The notes below the pieces were generated by a model, which ran no database searches, was not told the DNA's origin, and was given only the letters and a program-made list of their open reading frames with translations. The position numbers and the translations under genes were made by a program. DNA of 64,000 bases from Escherichia phage ES12: the sequence record MN508614.1, one strand, 5' to 3'. Below, piece after piece: positions 48,125-57,648 of this stretch; the first letter of the stretch is position 1, and every line of letters begins with the position of its first letter.

Positions 48125-48126
48125 AT

Positions 48127-48342
48127 TTACCCCAGTTTGACCATGCAATCGCCGTATTTCCACTTAGAAATAGACTTTTCGCCATTAGAATAATAAACTT
48201 CGAGTTTAGCACGGTTATTTTTAATTTGAATAACCTTGGCTGTCATTAAAGTTCCATACCCATAGTAAACTGCAACTTCATCACCTACATATACCGCGCT
48301 TCCGCGGTAATCATGGATATAATCAGTTCCTTCGAGCATCAT
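48127..48342 (-). CDS. hypothetical protein (71 aa)
   Basis: ORF track; overlaps nrdC start. Confidence 0.45.
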   Translation of the reverse strand: MMLEGTDYIHDYRGSAVYVGDEVAVYYGYGTLMTAKVIQIKNNRAKLEVYYSNGEKSISKWKYGDCMVKLG

Positions 48343-48602
48343 TTAAAGTATTCCCGCAATTGGTCAAATCCACCAATATGACTTCCATCAGGAGCAAATA
48401 CCTGAGGCACTGTTAAGCCGATTTGAGTATCACGACCTAGTTTAGTCAGAAGCTCAGCGATTTTCTCATCATCAAAAACACCTTTTTCCGGCATAATGTT
48501 GATAAATTCAAACGGCTGTTTCTTCACGGTCAAAAGACGTTTTGCATTATCGCAATACACGCATTTATGAATGTTGCTATCATAACCATATACTTTAAAC
48601 AT
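48339..48602 (-). CDS. nrdC: thioredoxin/glutaredoxin NrdC (87 aa)
   Basis: CVYC active-site motif; 87 aa as T4 NrdC. Confidence 0.75.
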   Translation of the reverse strand: MFKVYGYDSNIHKCVYCDNAKRLLTVKKQPFEFINIMPEKGVFDDEKIAELLTKLGRDTQIGLTVPQVFAPDGSHIGGFDQLREYFK

Positions 48603-48603
48603 A

Positions 48604-48846
48604 TTATTCCTTAATTCCTAATACTTGTTTAAAAGTCTCGTCGTAATCAAGACTTTGGCCTGTTTGTTCTTTATGTTTGTATATAATATCACTTACTTCT
48701 GATAGCATATTTTTATATGAACGAGTTAAAGCAGATTTAAGCACGCTGTATCTATCAGGAAATTTACCGTGTTCATTATAATAAGCTATTGCTAATTCAC
48801 GGACTGCCTTTTCAGCAGCCTCCATATATTCTTTACGCTTTGTCAT
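48604..48846 (-). CDS. hypothetical protein (80 aa from internal ATG)
   Basis: ORF 48604..48987 trimmed to [10 protein letters not shown]. Confidence 0.4.
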   Translation of the reverse strand: MTKRKEYMEAAEKAVRELAIAYYNEHGKFPDRYSVLKSALTRSYKNMLSEVSDIIYKHKEQTGQSLDYDETFKQVLGIKE

Positions 48847-49147
48847 TTTCTTCTCGGTCAAATCGGTGTTTACAATGGCGACATTTATAACGAAGATTAC
48901 TAGTCTGCCAATGGACCAATTGCACCTGTTCAGTTCCACATTCAGGGCAATTAGGAACGTTTTTAGAAGCACGTTCGCGGCGTTCAACCATGACCGTTAC
49001 AGAATCCCAATTAATAGGGCTGCTATAATCATCACAACCATGAATCTTTCCACGCATTTCCAAATCGTCTTCTTCACCGGCCATAATAATTTTAATTAAA
49101 CTGGAATTACTTGAAGCTGCAATGTCTTCTAATAGACGCTTTTTCAT
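48833..49147 (-). CDS. zinc-ribbon protein (104 aa; CPECG...CRHCKH)
   Basis: ORF track; two CxxC pairs. Confidence 0.5.
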   Translation of the reverse strand: MKKRLLEDIAASSNSSLIKIIMAGEEDDLEMRGKIHGCDDYSSPINWDSVTVMVERRERASKNVPNCPECGTEQVQLVHWQTSNLRYKCRHCKHRFDREENDKA

Positions 49148-50073
49148 TTCAATACCTCAATAGCATTACGTAAACCATTTGCTTTTGCATTAAGAGCTTT
49201 TAACAATTTGGTGTGTTCTGCAATTTGGGCTTCAACTTCAATCAAACGAGCATTGAGATATTCGCGTTCTTCACTCAGATTATCAGCCTTTTCTGCTTTA
49301 GGTTCTTTTACAACTTGCTTATATGTATTAGGGTTCTTCAGTTTAATTAGAATGCGTGAACTGTACAGCATTGAACCATTATCTTCGGTTTCGTCATACA
49401 TTTCCACTACGTCCATCATCTCCACCATCGTGCAGAGTTTATAAGACAACGAACGAATAATTTTGTTGTGCTTATTAATTTCTCTAGCTGTCATGGTGCC
49501 GAGATTACGTGAGTAATAATAAGGAACCTGGATATTAATTAATACTGATGAACCACCTGGCTTGTGTGTTACTTCATCAGCAATAACCCAATCCTTAACA
49601 TGAACTGTATTTGTACGGTCATCGCCCGCGGTAAATAGTTTACGAGCATGCTTAAAAAGCATATTCACTTGGTCATTGAATTGACAAGCGAATTTATCAG
49701 CAAATTTAGTTTCGGGAATGGTAGATAACCAATCAGCCAAATGAGTCTTTTTAACATCGTTAACAATAGTAAATTCAACCAAATCGGTTATAGATGTCTC
49801 AGATTTAATGAAGCTCGGCTTCATAAAGTTTTTAATGTTATCGCGAGCTACAGTAGAAGATAACATACGAGAACGTTTAAACCATTCAAGCAAATTGCCT
49901 AACGAATGAGAATAAGCGTTTTGAGTATCTTTACAGATATGATTTTCCTGGCCAACATATTGAAGGAAATCACGAAGAATATTATTGATTACTGCTCTGT
50001 GTCCTATCTGATAATTACGATGTTTAGTAATAAGACTGTCAAAATAATCAATATAATGTTTACGAGTTTTCAT
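49144..50073 (-). CDS. paralog family member 1 (309 aa, C-terminal coiled coil)
   Basis: ORF track; shares central LCxM block and coiled-coil tail with 50126, 51185, 52213. Confidence 0.6.
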   Translation of the reverse strand: MKTRKHYIDYFDSLITKHRNYQIGHRAVINNILRDFLQYVGQENHICKDTQNAYSHSLGNLLEWFKRSRMLSSTVARDNIKNFMKPSFIKSETSITDLVEFTIVNDVKKTHLADWLSTIPETKFADKFACQFNDQVNMLFKHARKLFTAGDDRTNTVHVKDWVIADEVTHKPGGSSVLINIQVPYYYSRNLGTMTAREINKHNKIIRSLSYKLCTMVEMMDVVEMYDETEDNGSMLYSSRILIKLKNPNTYKQVVKEPKAEKADNLSEEREYLNARLIEVEAQIAEHTKLLKALNAKANGLRNAIEVLK

Positions 50074-50125
50074 GTTCTTCTCACTTGGTTAATGATTTAT
50101 ACTCCGAGCCATCCTTGGCTTTAAA

Positions 50126-51127
50126 TTACTTAATTAACTGTAAAGCTTGTTCAAGACGATCCAGGCGATTAACAGATTCTTCCCAAATCCTTTTAGCCTG
50201 CTCATATTCTTTCTGCGCTTTATTAGAAATTTCTAGAACTTCTTTATAAGCTTTTTCTAGTGCAATAACTTCTGGACGAATTTCTACCGGTTCAGGTGAA
50301 TCATCAAGACATTCCATTAGTTCCTCAAGGGTAGTTTCTTCTTTAGGAGTATTCACAATTTCATCACATTTTTGTTGGTAAATTTCTTTACTAGTAGGTG
50401 AATAAGTACATTTCACTTCACGAAGACTAACTACAATTTTATATCCTTCCCAACCGCATATATTCTTAAAAGGATATGTATGAATATTTTCTACTGTTTC
50501 CATACAAAGTAATGCGGTCTCTAATTGACGAGTTATAGTGCTAGCAATTGAGAAAAATTTATTAATGTTCTTTTGGTTAGTTTCTGGTGTAAAAAATCCA
50601 TAATTCACAAAAATAGCTACTTTATTTTTATCAAGTTCATATTCTTTTATGATAATCATATCAGAAGCCAAAGGATGAATTTGACGATAATCGCCATAAC
50701 ATAATTTAGAAGCTGATTTTAGAATTTGCTTCTTGAAAAGTCTGAAATTACTAATCCAACGACGAGTAAAAATATTCTCAGGGTCTTCTTTATTATTGAG
50801 ATGATAAGAATTAACATCACCGAACCAATTATATCCTACTACATCTTTAGTTCGTTTAATTTCTTTCCCAAAATTACCAAGAATATCCCGATTAACCAAA
50901 TATGAAAGAAGACGAGACTCTTTAAAGGTTTTCTTGATAACATCTTTATCTACACGGCTAGAAATTTTACGAATTTCATGAATAAATTTAGTAGAAGAAA
51001 CAATACTTGCATCAACACTATTGAGCCATTGATTGATAATAGAAAGAACGATATTTTGACCAAACATCGGTATAGCTTTATCATCAATAACGCTATTGAA
51101 TGATTTGATATATTCGTTACGAGTCAT
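50126..51127 (-). CDS. paralog family member 2 (333 aa from ATG MTRNEY)
   Basis: FKKQILKSASKL motif matches FRKQLKQILSTASRL of member 3; promoter upstream. Confidence 0.6.
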   Translation of the reverse strand: MTRNEYIKSFNSVIDDKAIPMFGQNIVLSIINQWLNSVDASIVSSTKFIHEIRKISSRVDKDVIKKTFKESRLLSYLVNRDILGNFGKEIKRTKDVVGYNWFGDVNSYHLNNKEDPENIFTRRWISNFRLFKKQILKSASKLCYGDYRQIHPLASDMIIIKEYELDKNKVAIFVNYGFFTPETNQKNINKFFSIASTITRQLETALLCMETVENIHTYPFKNICGWEGYKIVVSLREVKCTYSPTSKEIYQQKCDEIVNTPKEETTLEELMECLDDSPEPVEIRPEVIALEKAYKEVLEISNKAQKEYEQAKRIWEESVNRLDRLEQALQLIK

Positions 51128-51155
51128 AATAATCTCCTCAGTAGAAAGTAAGAAC

Positions 51156-51185
51156 ATTATACCACATCCTTGTGGTAAAGTAAAC
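51156..51185 (-). promoter_or_regulatory. T4-type early promoter identical to the 6942-6971 block
   Basis: attata 51156-51161, gtaaac 51180-51185; 31-bp identity attataccacatccttgtggtaaagtaaact. Confidence 0.55.
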
Positions 51186-52204
51186 TAGTTCAGTGCATTT
51201 AATGCATTGTTCAGTTTAGAACGTTGCTTCGTGAGATTTTTGACTTTTTCTTGTGCTTTTTCTAGCATCTTTTCAGCTTCTAACACTTCATTGGTCGCTT
51301 TAACGAGTTCATCATCTACTGCCTTAAGGGACTTCTCAATCGCATCCGCGTGCCATTTTTCAACAGGTTTAAGACTCGGATTTTCAATAGGAAGAAAATT
51401 CACTTTATTGAATTTCCATGCATCTTTATTACCTGAACTATACATCCAAAATTTAGGATCATTTGACGAGTAATTAGATAAATTTAAGGTATCTTGTACT
51501 TCCTGCTTTTTCTCTTGTGTAACTTCGTCCTTTCTCAAAAAATCGTATTTAAATGAAACGATCATATCAAGTTCATATGTTGTTGTGTCTAATTTAAATC
51601 GTTCGAAATGCTGTGAAATCTTAGACTGAACTGCAGCAACAACATCCATATACTTAAATGCTTCTGTCAGCTGTGATTTAAGGCATTCACAAATTGAAAG
51701 AGAATTTTTTGTATTAGGTTTAAAGCTAATTCGTGCAGTTCTATTATTTTCTTTTAATGGTCTTACTTCCATCTGAAGAGTATAACCATCAAATTTCAGA
51801 TTCTTTAAGTTAATATCAGAGCCTTTTAATCGACTAGCCGTCGACAAAATTTGCTTTAATTGTTTACGGAATAGAGCAATAAATCTCCACTCAAGACGAT
51901 AATGATTTGGATTAAAAAATCCAGATGATAAATCGACCTTACTCTGACCAACACCTTGAACAAACAGAGGATTTTTATAATCAATAGTTTTACAGAAATC
52001 GGTGAGCTGCTCACGAGCAGTCATTTGTGTAATATACCCCGCTTTACTAAAATGACGTAACCATTCACTGCTATTCATATATTTAAAGTGAATATCACGA
52101 TTAACTTTATCAGGGTCTAAATTATTTTCACACAAAAATGTCATAACATCACGAGTATAGCTGGCATTACGAACCATATCTTCAATTTGAGAACGAGTTT
52201 TCAT
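51185..52204 (-). CDS. paralog family member 3 (339 aa)
   Basis: ORF track; coiled-coil C-terminus. Confidence 0.6.
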   Translation of the reverse strand: MKTRSQIEDMVRNASYTRDVMTFLCENNLDPDKVNRDIHFKYMNSSEWLRHFSKAGYITQMTAREQLTDFCKTIDYKNPLFVQGVGQSKVDLSSGFFNPNHYRLEWRFIALFRKQLKQILSTASRLKGSDINLKNLKFDGYTLQMEVRPLKENNRTARISFKPNTKNSLSICECLKSQLTEAFKYMDVVAAVQSKISQHFERFKLDTTTYELDMIVSFKYDFLRKDEVTQEKKQEVQDTLNLSNYSSNDPKFWMYSSGNKDAWKFNKVNFLPIENPSLKPVEKWHADAIEKSLKAVDDELVKATNEVLEAEKMLEKAQEKVKNLTKQRSKLNNALNALN

Positions 52205-52212
52205 GGTGTTCC

Positions 52213-53121
52213 TTAAGATTTAAGTAAATCAACAATTTTAATTAACTTTTCACGCTCAGATTTAGCTTTACTACTCAATCCAGATAGTCTGAAAATTTCA
52301 TCATCATATTGTTGAATAGAAATATTCAGCTCTTCAATTTGCTCATTAAAATAATCAATTTGCTCAGAATGTTTTTCGTTACTACGAACTGGTACAGGTT
52401 TTGTAGGTAATTTAGATGAACTGGATTCATCCGGGCGATAAATTAAAATACAACTTGAACCAATTGGACATTTTGCACCAGATGAATATTCTAACGTTCC
52501 AGCTTCTTTTAAAACTTCAAAAGCTAAACAGAGATGATGCCCCATATTAACATAATCTGTAGAGCGAGCTCTGATATAATAATCATCGCCGCGAATACTA
52601 AATTTAAAGCATTTAAGGTCTTCTGTATTATTGGTCTTAAAAATCATTTGTTTATCTAGACCTTTAGCTAATCGAGCGCCTAATGCTAATAATCGTCGTT
52701 GATTTTCCCACAAATCTGCGATCATTTGGTCAAATGATAATTTCGGCATTAATCGACCATAAAGGTCATATCCTTTATTATAATTGCGAAGGATTTCACT
52801 CGCATTAATACGAGACAACGCTCCAATTTTATTAAGGGCTTTCATGATGCGATTAGATAAACCCATTCCAGACCCGTTTGTTCGTTGTAAATGTTTATCT
52901 AATCCAAACCCAATATCAACTTTAAATTTATCTAAAATTTCAGCATGAACATCTCTGTCAATAACATTCAAATCCAAAGTTGGGTTAAATCTATGAAAAA
53001 ATTTATCTGGCTCTCCACGACGAAGTACAGTCCATTCATTCAATTTTTTATTAACTAAAGATTTAATTACTGCATTGACATTATTAATTACTACTGACAT
53101 ATTTTCCTCACTCAATTTCAA
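52213..53121 (-). CDS. paralog family member 4 (302 aa)
   Basis: ORF track; QRRLLALGARLAKG block and coiled-coil tail. Confidence 0.55.
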   Translation of the reverse strand: MKLSEENMSVVINNVNAVIKSLVNKKLNEWTVLRRGEPDKFFHRFNPTLDLNVIDRDVHAEILDKFKVDIGFGLDKHLQRTNGSGMGLSNRIMKALNKIGALSRINASEILRNYNKGYDLYGRLMPKLSFDQMIADLWENQRRLLALGARLAKGLDKQMIFKTNNTEDLKCFKFSIRGDDYYIRARSTDYVNMGHHLCLAFEVLKEAGTLEYSSGAKCPIGSSCILIYRPDESSSSKLPTKPVPVRSNEKHSEQIDYFNEQIEELNISIQQYDDEIFRLSGLSSKAKSEREKLIKIVDLLKS

Positions 53122-53515
53122 TTTTACTAAATATACAGAATAAGATGGAACAGACTATATAAACACCACACACAGATTGAACTAATACCATTCCAAAGAA
53201 CCAAACAATATTATCAAACAATGTCTGTTTTACGTCGAAAGGACGTAAACTTACAGTAATATTATCGCCTTTTTCTATTGATGAATACATCTCTGGTGAA
53301 ATATATTCGCTAAATCTATAACCGTCTTTGAGTTCATATACAGCAATAAACGATAAACTAGACCCCTTTCCTTGAGTTCCTGTAAAGGTATTAACTACAG
53401 TAACATCATAATCTTTATAATGCATATAATCATTAATTGCGTAATAACCATATGCAACTACTACACATAAACAACATATCAATAAATTCAATCTTTTAAT
53501 TATCAACTGTTTCAT
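53108..53515 (-). CDS. membrane protein (135 aa, N- and C-terminal TM segments)
   Basis: ORF track; hydrophobic ends. Confidence 0.5.
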   Translation of the reverse strand: MKQLIIKRLNLLICCLCVVVAYGYYAINDYMHYKDYDVTVVNTFTGTQGKGSSLSFIAVYELKDGYRFSEYISPEMYSSIEKGDNITVSLRPFDVKQTLFDNIVWFFGMVLVQSVCGVYIVCSILFCIFSKIEIE

Positions 53516-53544
53516 AATAATCTCAATTAAAAGGGCTTAGAACC

Positions 53545-53569
53545 ATTATACCATCCTTGGTATAAAGCG
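53545..53569 (-). promoter_or_regulatory. candidate promoter (CGCTTTA box variant, 12-nt gap with CCAAGGATGG, TATAAT)
   Basis: attata 53545-53550; degenerate copy of the 6942/51156 cassette. Confidence 0.35.
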
Positions 53570-53570
53570 G

Positions 53571-54098
53571 TTATGCGAGTACCGTCTTTAACCGTTCTTC
53601 AAACTTCCGAAGAGTATTTTGGCGTTCAGCTCTTTGCTTTTTGTAAGTTTCAATACGCTCTGAAATGAGAGTGTATCGTTCATTTACTGATTCTTTCATA
53701 AAATCAGGAATTTCACGAGAAGCTTTAATCTCATCAAATTTATCAATAACAGCTTGCTCTTCAGCAATTAAGTTATCATACATCAAAATATCTTTCTTGA
53801 TGAACTCAATATCTTCTTGAGTTACACGAGATAATTTAGATGCTTTATCCTTTTTGTACTGTTCGTTAGTATCACGAGACCAGTGTAATGTACGATTTTT
53901 ATTCGTATTCTTGTAAATTTCTACAATACCAATCTCATCGATAATAACGATCCAATTCCAACGAGATTTGTAAATTTGTCCTCCGTCAACCACGATTTCA
54001 CCTCCGATTGAGATGTCATTAAAGAACTTGCTTTGTGCTTCAGATTTAAATTTACCATCATTGTAGTTTACCAAGTTGAAAATATCTTTAGCATTCAT
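53571..54098 (-). CDS. hypothetical protein (175 aa from ATG MNAKDIF)
   Basis: ORF 53571..54158 trimmed; ATG follows conserved promoter leader. Confidence 0.5.
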   Translation of the reverse strand: MNAKDIFNLVNYNDGKFKSEAQSKFFNDISIGGEIVVDGGQIYKSRWNWIVIIDEIGIVEIYKNTNKNRTLHWSRDTNEQYKKDKASKLSRVTQEDIEFIKKDILMYDNLIAEEQAVIDKFDEIKASREIPDFMKESVNERYTLISERIETYKKQRAERQNTLRKFEERLKTVLA

Positions 54099-54125
54099 TT
54101 TTGTTCCTCCGTAGTTGATAGTTGT

Positions 54126-54155
54126 ATAGTACCACAGAGGAATGGTCTTGTAAAC
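54126..54155 (-). promoter_or_regulatory. T4-type early promoter (GTTTACA, TACTAT) with conserved leader
   Basis: atagta 54126-54131, gtaaac 54150-54155. Confidence 0.6.
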
Positions 54156-54157
54156 CA

Positions 54158-54472
54158 CTAAAAGAAACTTCTTTCACAATTTTTTCCACTGAACCAAGCG
54201 CTCACTGCTTTCTTAGTCTCAGGAGCAGTGTTATCCATAAACCATTCAAAAGCAGCCTTTTTATGATTCTGGAGGGCTTCTCGGGCTTTAATCTGCTCAC
54301 GGTCTATTAACACTAACATATGAGCCTTTCTTGTCACCAAGGGCTTCTTATGATTCTTGGAGTATTCCCAGTCATTTGTCCAACGCATTGTCGTTGCGAA
54401 CTGATGAACCGCGTCTTTAATTTTAGTTTCGTAAATTTCACGAGCCTTTGAGTATAACATCACTACCTCCAT
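54158..54472 (-). CDS. hypothetical protein (104 aa; likely starts at M5 after GGAGG)
   Basis: ORF track. Confidence 0.45.
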   Translation of the reverse strand: MEVVMLYSKAREIYETKIKDAVHQFATTMRWTNDWEYSKNHKKPLVTRKAHMLVLIDREQIKAREALQNHKKAAFEWFMDNTAPETKKAVSAWFSGKNCERSFF

Positions 54473-54561
54473 TTACCAGTTTAATTCTAATCATCTTTTT
54501 GATGGCAGTCCATATAATCTATTTCTGAACTGCCTTTTTGTCATAGAAGGCCTCTTATGAA

Positions 54562-55530
54562 TTATTTCAGAAGAGTAACCTCAGCGATTTCTTCCCAACC
54601 GTTTTTGTCGGTCATAATAAAGTCAGCAAGATAAAGTGCAGTACGCAGTGAAACATTGCGTAAACGATTAACATTGACTTTCATCCATGATAATGCTTTA
54701 TAAGTTTCTTCATCAGAAAGACCGCGTTTTTGCATCATGTCAGTTGAAAGAATAACATCTTCAACCCTGACCATAATTTCTTCATTAGTGTGAACACCCA
54801 AATCTAAATAAACTGAGCGGGACACTAATGCTTGTAAATGTGGAGCAAGTTTAGTACCACGGTCTAATTCGCGGTCAATGTCAACGTTTGTGATAAAAAC
54901 AATCGTTCCTTTAAATTCAAACTCACGCTCAATGCCTTTTTCTTCTAAGTAAGAAGATGCAGTGCTCCAGCAGACTTTACGGGTCTCTCCAGTGTCCAGA
55001 GCAGCTTTCAGAAGATTAAGAATGTCCATATCAGAGAAAACATCCACATCATCAATCAAAAGGACAGAATTCTCTTCACGATTATTCCAAAGCTGCTCAT
55101 AAAGACCAATACCAGAGATTTTACCATTAATGCTTTTATATTCAATGTATCCAATATCATTTGCTTTATTTAAAGCTTTATCTAAAGAATACGTTTTACC
55201 AATACCTGCTGCGCCAGAGATAATTAATGAACGAATATTTCCGTTAATAATACCATTCGTCATCATTCCCATAACATTAAATCTTTTATTAATGCGGGTT
55301 TTCATATCTTCATACGATTCTTTAACTTCTTCAACTTTTACACCATCATATGAAATGTCTGATTTGTAAACCCAAACACCGCGACGCTTACCGTCAATTT
55401 CAACAAAAACTTTACCATCTCCTTGTGCATCTACCGGAGCATTATCTGGGAACCATTCACCTAAGAGCTCAAAAGTTCCAGAGATTTCTTTACCGAAGTA
55501 GATACCCTTATTGATAGTTACAGTTTTCAT
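54562..55530 (-). CDS. P-loop NTPase / AAA-like ATPase (322 aa)
   Basis: Walker A GAAGIGKT, Walker B VLLIDDVD; ORF 54562..55650 trimmed to MKTVTINKG after promoter leader. Confidence 0.6.
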   Translation of the reverse strand: MKTVTINKGIYFGKEISGTFELLGEWFPDNAPVDAQGDGKVFVEIDGKRRGVWVYKSDISYDGVKVEEVKESYEDMKTRINKRFNVMGMMTNGIINGNIRSLIISGAAGIGKTYSLDKALNKANDIGYIEYKSINGKISGIGLYEQLWNNREENSVLLIDDVDVFSDMDILNLLKAALDTGETRKVCWSTASSYLEEKGIEREFEFKGTIVFITNVDIDRELDRGTKLAPHLQALVSRSVYLDLGVHTNEEIMVRVEDVILSTDMMQKRGLSDEETYKALSWMKVNVNRLRNVSLRTALYLADFIMTDKNGWEEIAEVTLLK

Positions 55531-55564
55531 TTTATTCTCCAAATCCGTATCAGTTGATAGTTGT

Positions 55565-55594
55565 ATAGTACCACAGTATGCTTTGGTTGTAAAC
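55565..55594 (-). promoter_or_regulatory. T4-type early promoter (GTTTACA, TACTAT) with conserved leader
   Basis: atagta 55565-55570, gtaaac 55589-55594. Confidence 0.6.
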
Positions 55595-55626
55595 CGTTTT
55601 GTGAAAAAAATTTTTGAAATAAAAAA

Positions 55627-55644
55627 GGGAGCCCGAAGGCTCCC
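55627..55644 (-). terminator. intrinsic terminator (gggagcc-cgaa-ggctccc)
   Basis: 7-bp GC stem, UUCG-type loop, A6 run precedes on plus strand. Confidence 0.65.
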
Positions 55645-55646
55645 TA

Positions 55647-56660
55647 TCATTTATAATAACTTCGGTGGTTTTCAAGATAAACCCTCTCAAGGAAGTCATC
55701 CCAGAAACCCATGTCTACTTTTTGCTGCATACCGTTCTTAGAAGCTTCAATGGATGCTGCTTCTACTTGATCGACCACATCTTCCAAAAACTCTTGAACA
55801 GTTTTAAATGGATGTTTACCCAACTTCACGTCGAGAATAAATGGAGCGTCTTGAAGTGGATAGACTAAGTCACCAGTTTTGTAAATTTCCAATAGTTGGA
55901 GTCCACCACGGCAAGCATGACTCAGAGCTTTCCAGTCAATGCCCTCATTCGCTTCAGCCTTACGAGCACGTTCGCCGTATTCAGCATCAAGTTTATTCAA
56001 AGATTGCTTAAGCTCAATAAGAGAAAGTGTTGTTTGATATTTACGACCCAACACAGTGTAGAACGTTTGTGGGCCTGTTTTCTCATGATTATGGAATACC
56101 CATTCACAGAATTCGTTCTCTGGAAGACGATGCTTAATATCTTCAACTTTAGTTCGACGCTGCTTAATGGAACCGTCTTCTTGGTAATCAACCCATTGCT
56201 CAGGGATTTGATTAACTACTTTCAATACATCACGTAATGCGGCCAAACGAGAACCCTTAACACCGTATTTAGAAGCTTGCTTGCGAACATATCCTAAATA
56301 GGATTTCATGTTAGTCGTATAAAAACGAGAACGATTATCTTGGATAAACTTCCATACATCAGGCAAATCAGATTTAACCACTAGTTCAGGCGGAGTGTGA
56401 AGCATATCCAATGCTACAGTTTCACCATCTGCCGCTAATTTAAAGAAATACTTAAGACTGTATAGTTCATGGTCAATATCATCTTTAGTGTTTTTAGATG
56501 ATGTGTTGTTAGTGTTTTTGCTCATATGCTCTTTAACATTTCCGATAAGAATATCGCGAGCAGGAGGAACAAAAATTTCTTTAAAATCTACATCAGATTC
56601 TGGAGTAGAAGTTCCATAAAGATGACTACCAAAATAGCTTTTCATTACTGTTTTCATCAT
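55647..56660 (-). CDS. nucleotidyltransferase-fold protein (337 aa)
   Basis: N-terminal GSHLYGTSTPESDVDF (GS-x9-SDhD Pol-beta-type NTase motif); ATG overlaps stop of upstream membrane protein. Confidence 0.55.
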   Translation of the reverse strand: MMKTVMKSYFGSHLYGTSTPESDVDFKEIFVPPARDILIGNVKEHMSKNTNNTSSKNTKDDIDHELYSLKYFFKLAADGETVALDMLHTPPELVVKSDLPDVWKFIQDNRSRFYTTNMKSYLGYVRKQASKYGVKGSRLAALRDVLKVVNQIPEQWVDYQEDGSIKQRRTKVEDIKHRLPENEFCEWVFHNHEKTGPQTFYTVLGRKYQTTLSLIELKQSLNKLDAEYGERARKAEANEGIDWKALSHACRGGLQLLEIYKTGDLVYPLQDAPFILDVKLGKHPFKTVQEFLEDVVDQVEAASIEASKNGMQQKVDMGFWDDFLERVYLENHRSYYK

Positions 56661-57118
56661 TCAGCCTTATATTCAATAACAGGACATACTTTAGCTTTAC
56701 GAGCTTTTAAAAATTCAACGATAACCGATTTCTTTGGTTGAATAGGAGGTAAACCTTTATACGCCCTATCAATATTTTCTACGTGTAAAGCATAATCCTT
56801 TTTCCATTTATAATCTTTATATTTTTCACGCAAATGTGCAGGAATAACAAATGAACCGATAATAAGTAAAACAACCAAAAGTGCAAGTATAAATGCTGAT
56901 GGAATAAGAGTCCATAAACTACCAAAAATAAGCCATTTCTGTATGATTTCTGCACAGATAATAGTTAGACCTGCGAGTATAGTACATCCGAAAAAAGAAA
57001 CGAAAAATGTAGGGATAACAATAGACCAAAAGTATGCACACAGTGTCTTAGGTCGTTTCCATTCGTCGTTAAACAGTTTGAATAATTTATAGTGCCAAGA
57101 GTTTTCATTAATAATCAT
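56657..57118 (-). CDS. multi-pass membrane protein (153 aa)
   Basis: Three hydrophobic segments; translationally coupled to NTase. Confidence 0.5.
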   Translation of the reverse strand: MIINENSWHYKLFKLFNDEWKRPKTLCAYFWSIVIPTFFVSFFGCTILAGLTIICAEIIQKWLIFGSLWTLIPSAFILALLVVLLIIGSFVIPAHLREKYKDYKWKKDYALHVENIDRAYKGLPPIQPKKSVIVEFLKARKAKVCPVIEYKAE

Positions 57119-57120
57119 AA

Positions 57121-57642
57121 TTATCCTTTCATTGAAGGTGTAACAGTTGTTAAATACTTAATCATAGCTTCAGCTTCTGATTTTGATAATGAAATTTCTT
57201 CATTGTTTTGACGAATAGAAATAAAATCCGGATGACGGTCACCACCAGCTTTTAAAACACACATATAAGTATCAGTTTCATCTTCAATATCTGAAATGAT
57301 TGAAGCAGTTCCACATGAATGTGGTTTTTGATAAATCAATACAGCTTTTCTTCCACCGTTTGACTGTTCATAAACTTTTAACACATCAAACAAATCGCTT
57401 CTTTTATCAATAGCTAAGATGTTGTTTTCATCTTCAATATTAAATCCTTCGGATACTTCATAAAGTGTCACCCATAAATCACCAATATCAATAACAGCGT
57501 TCACTTTTCCATGACTTTCAAGAGCATTACAAATTTTCTTAATTTCATCATAACTCATTTTAATAATATCATCTCCTTGAATAAGGAAGATGTCATTTTT
57601 AAATTCAACACGAATTAAACCACTTCCACTTGAAATAAACAT
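57121..57642 (-). CDS. hypothetical protein (173 aa), paralog of 57649..58182
   Basis: Shared C-terminus SKSEAEAMIKYLTTVTPSM vs TKDEAIALKTYLDSVIPTM. Confidence 0.5.
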   Translation of the reverse strand: MFISSGSGLIRVEFKNDIFLIQGDDIIKMSYDEIKKICNALESHGKVNAVIDIGDLWVTLYEVSEGFNIEDENNILAIDKRSDLFDVLKVYEQSNGGRKAVLIYQKPHSCGTASIISDIEDETDTYMCVLKAGGDRHPDFISIRQNNEEISLSKSEAEAMIKYLTTVTPSMKG

Positions 57643-57648
57643 ATTTCC

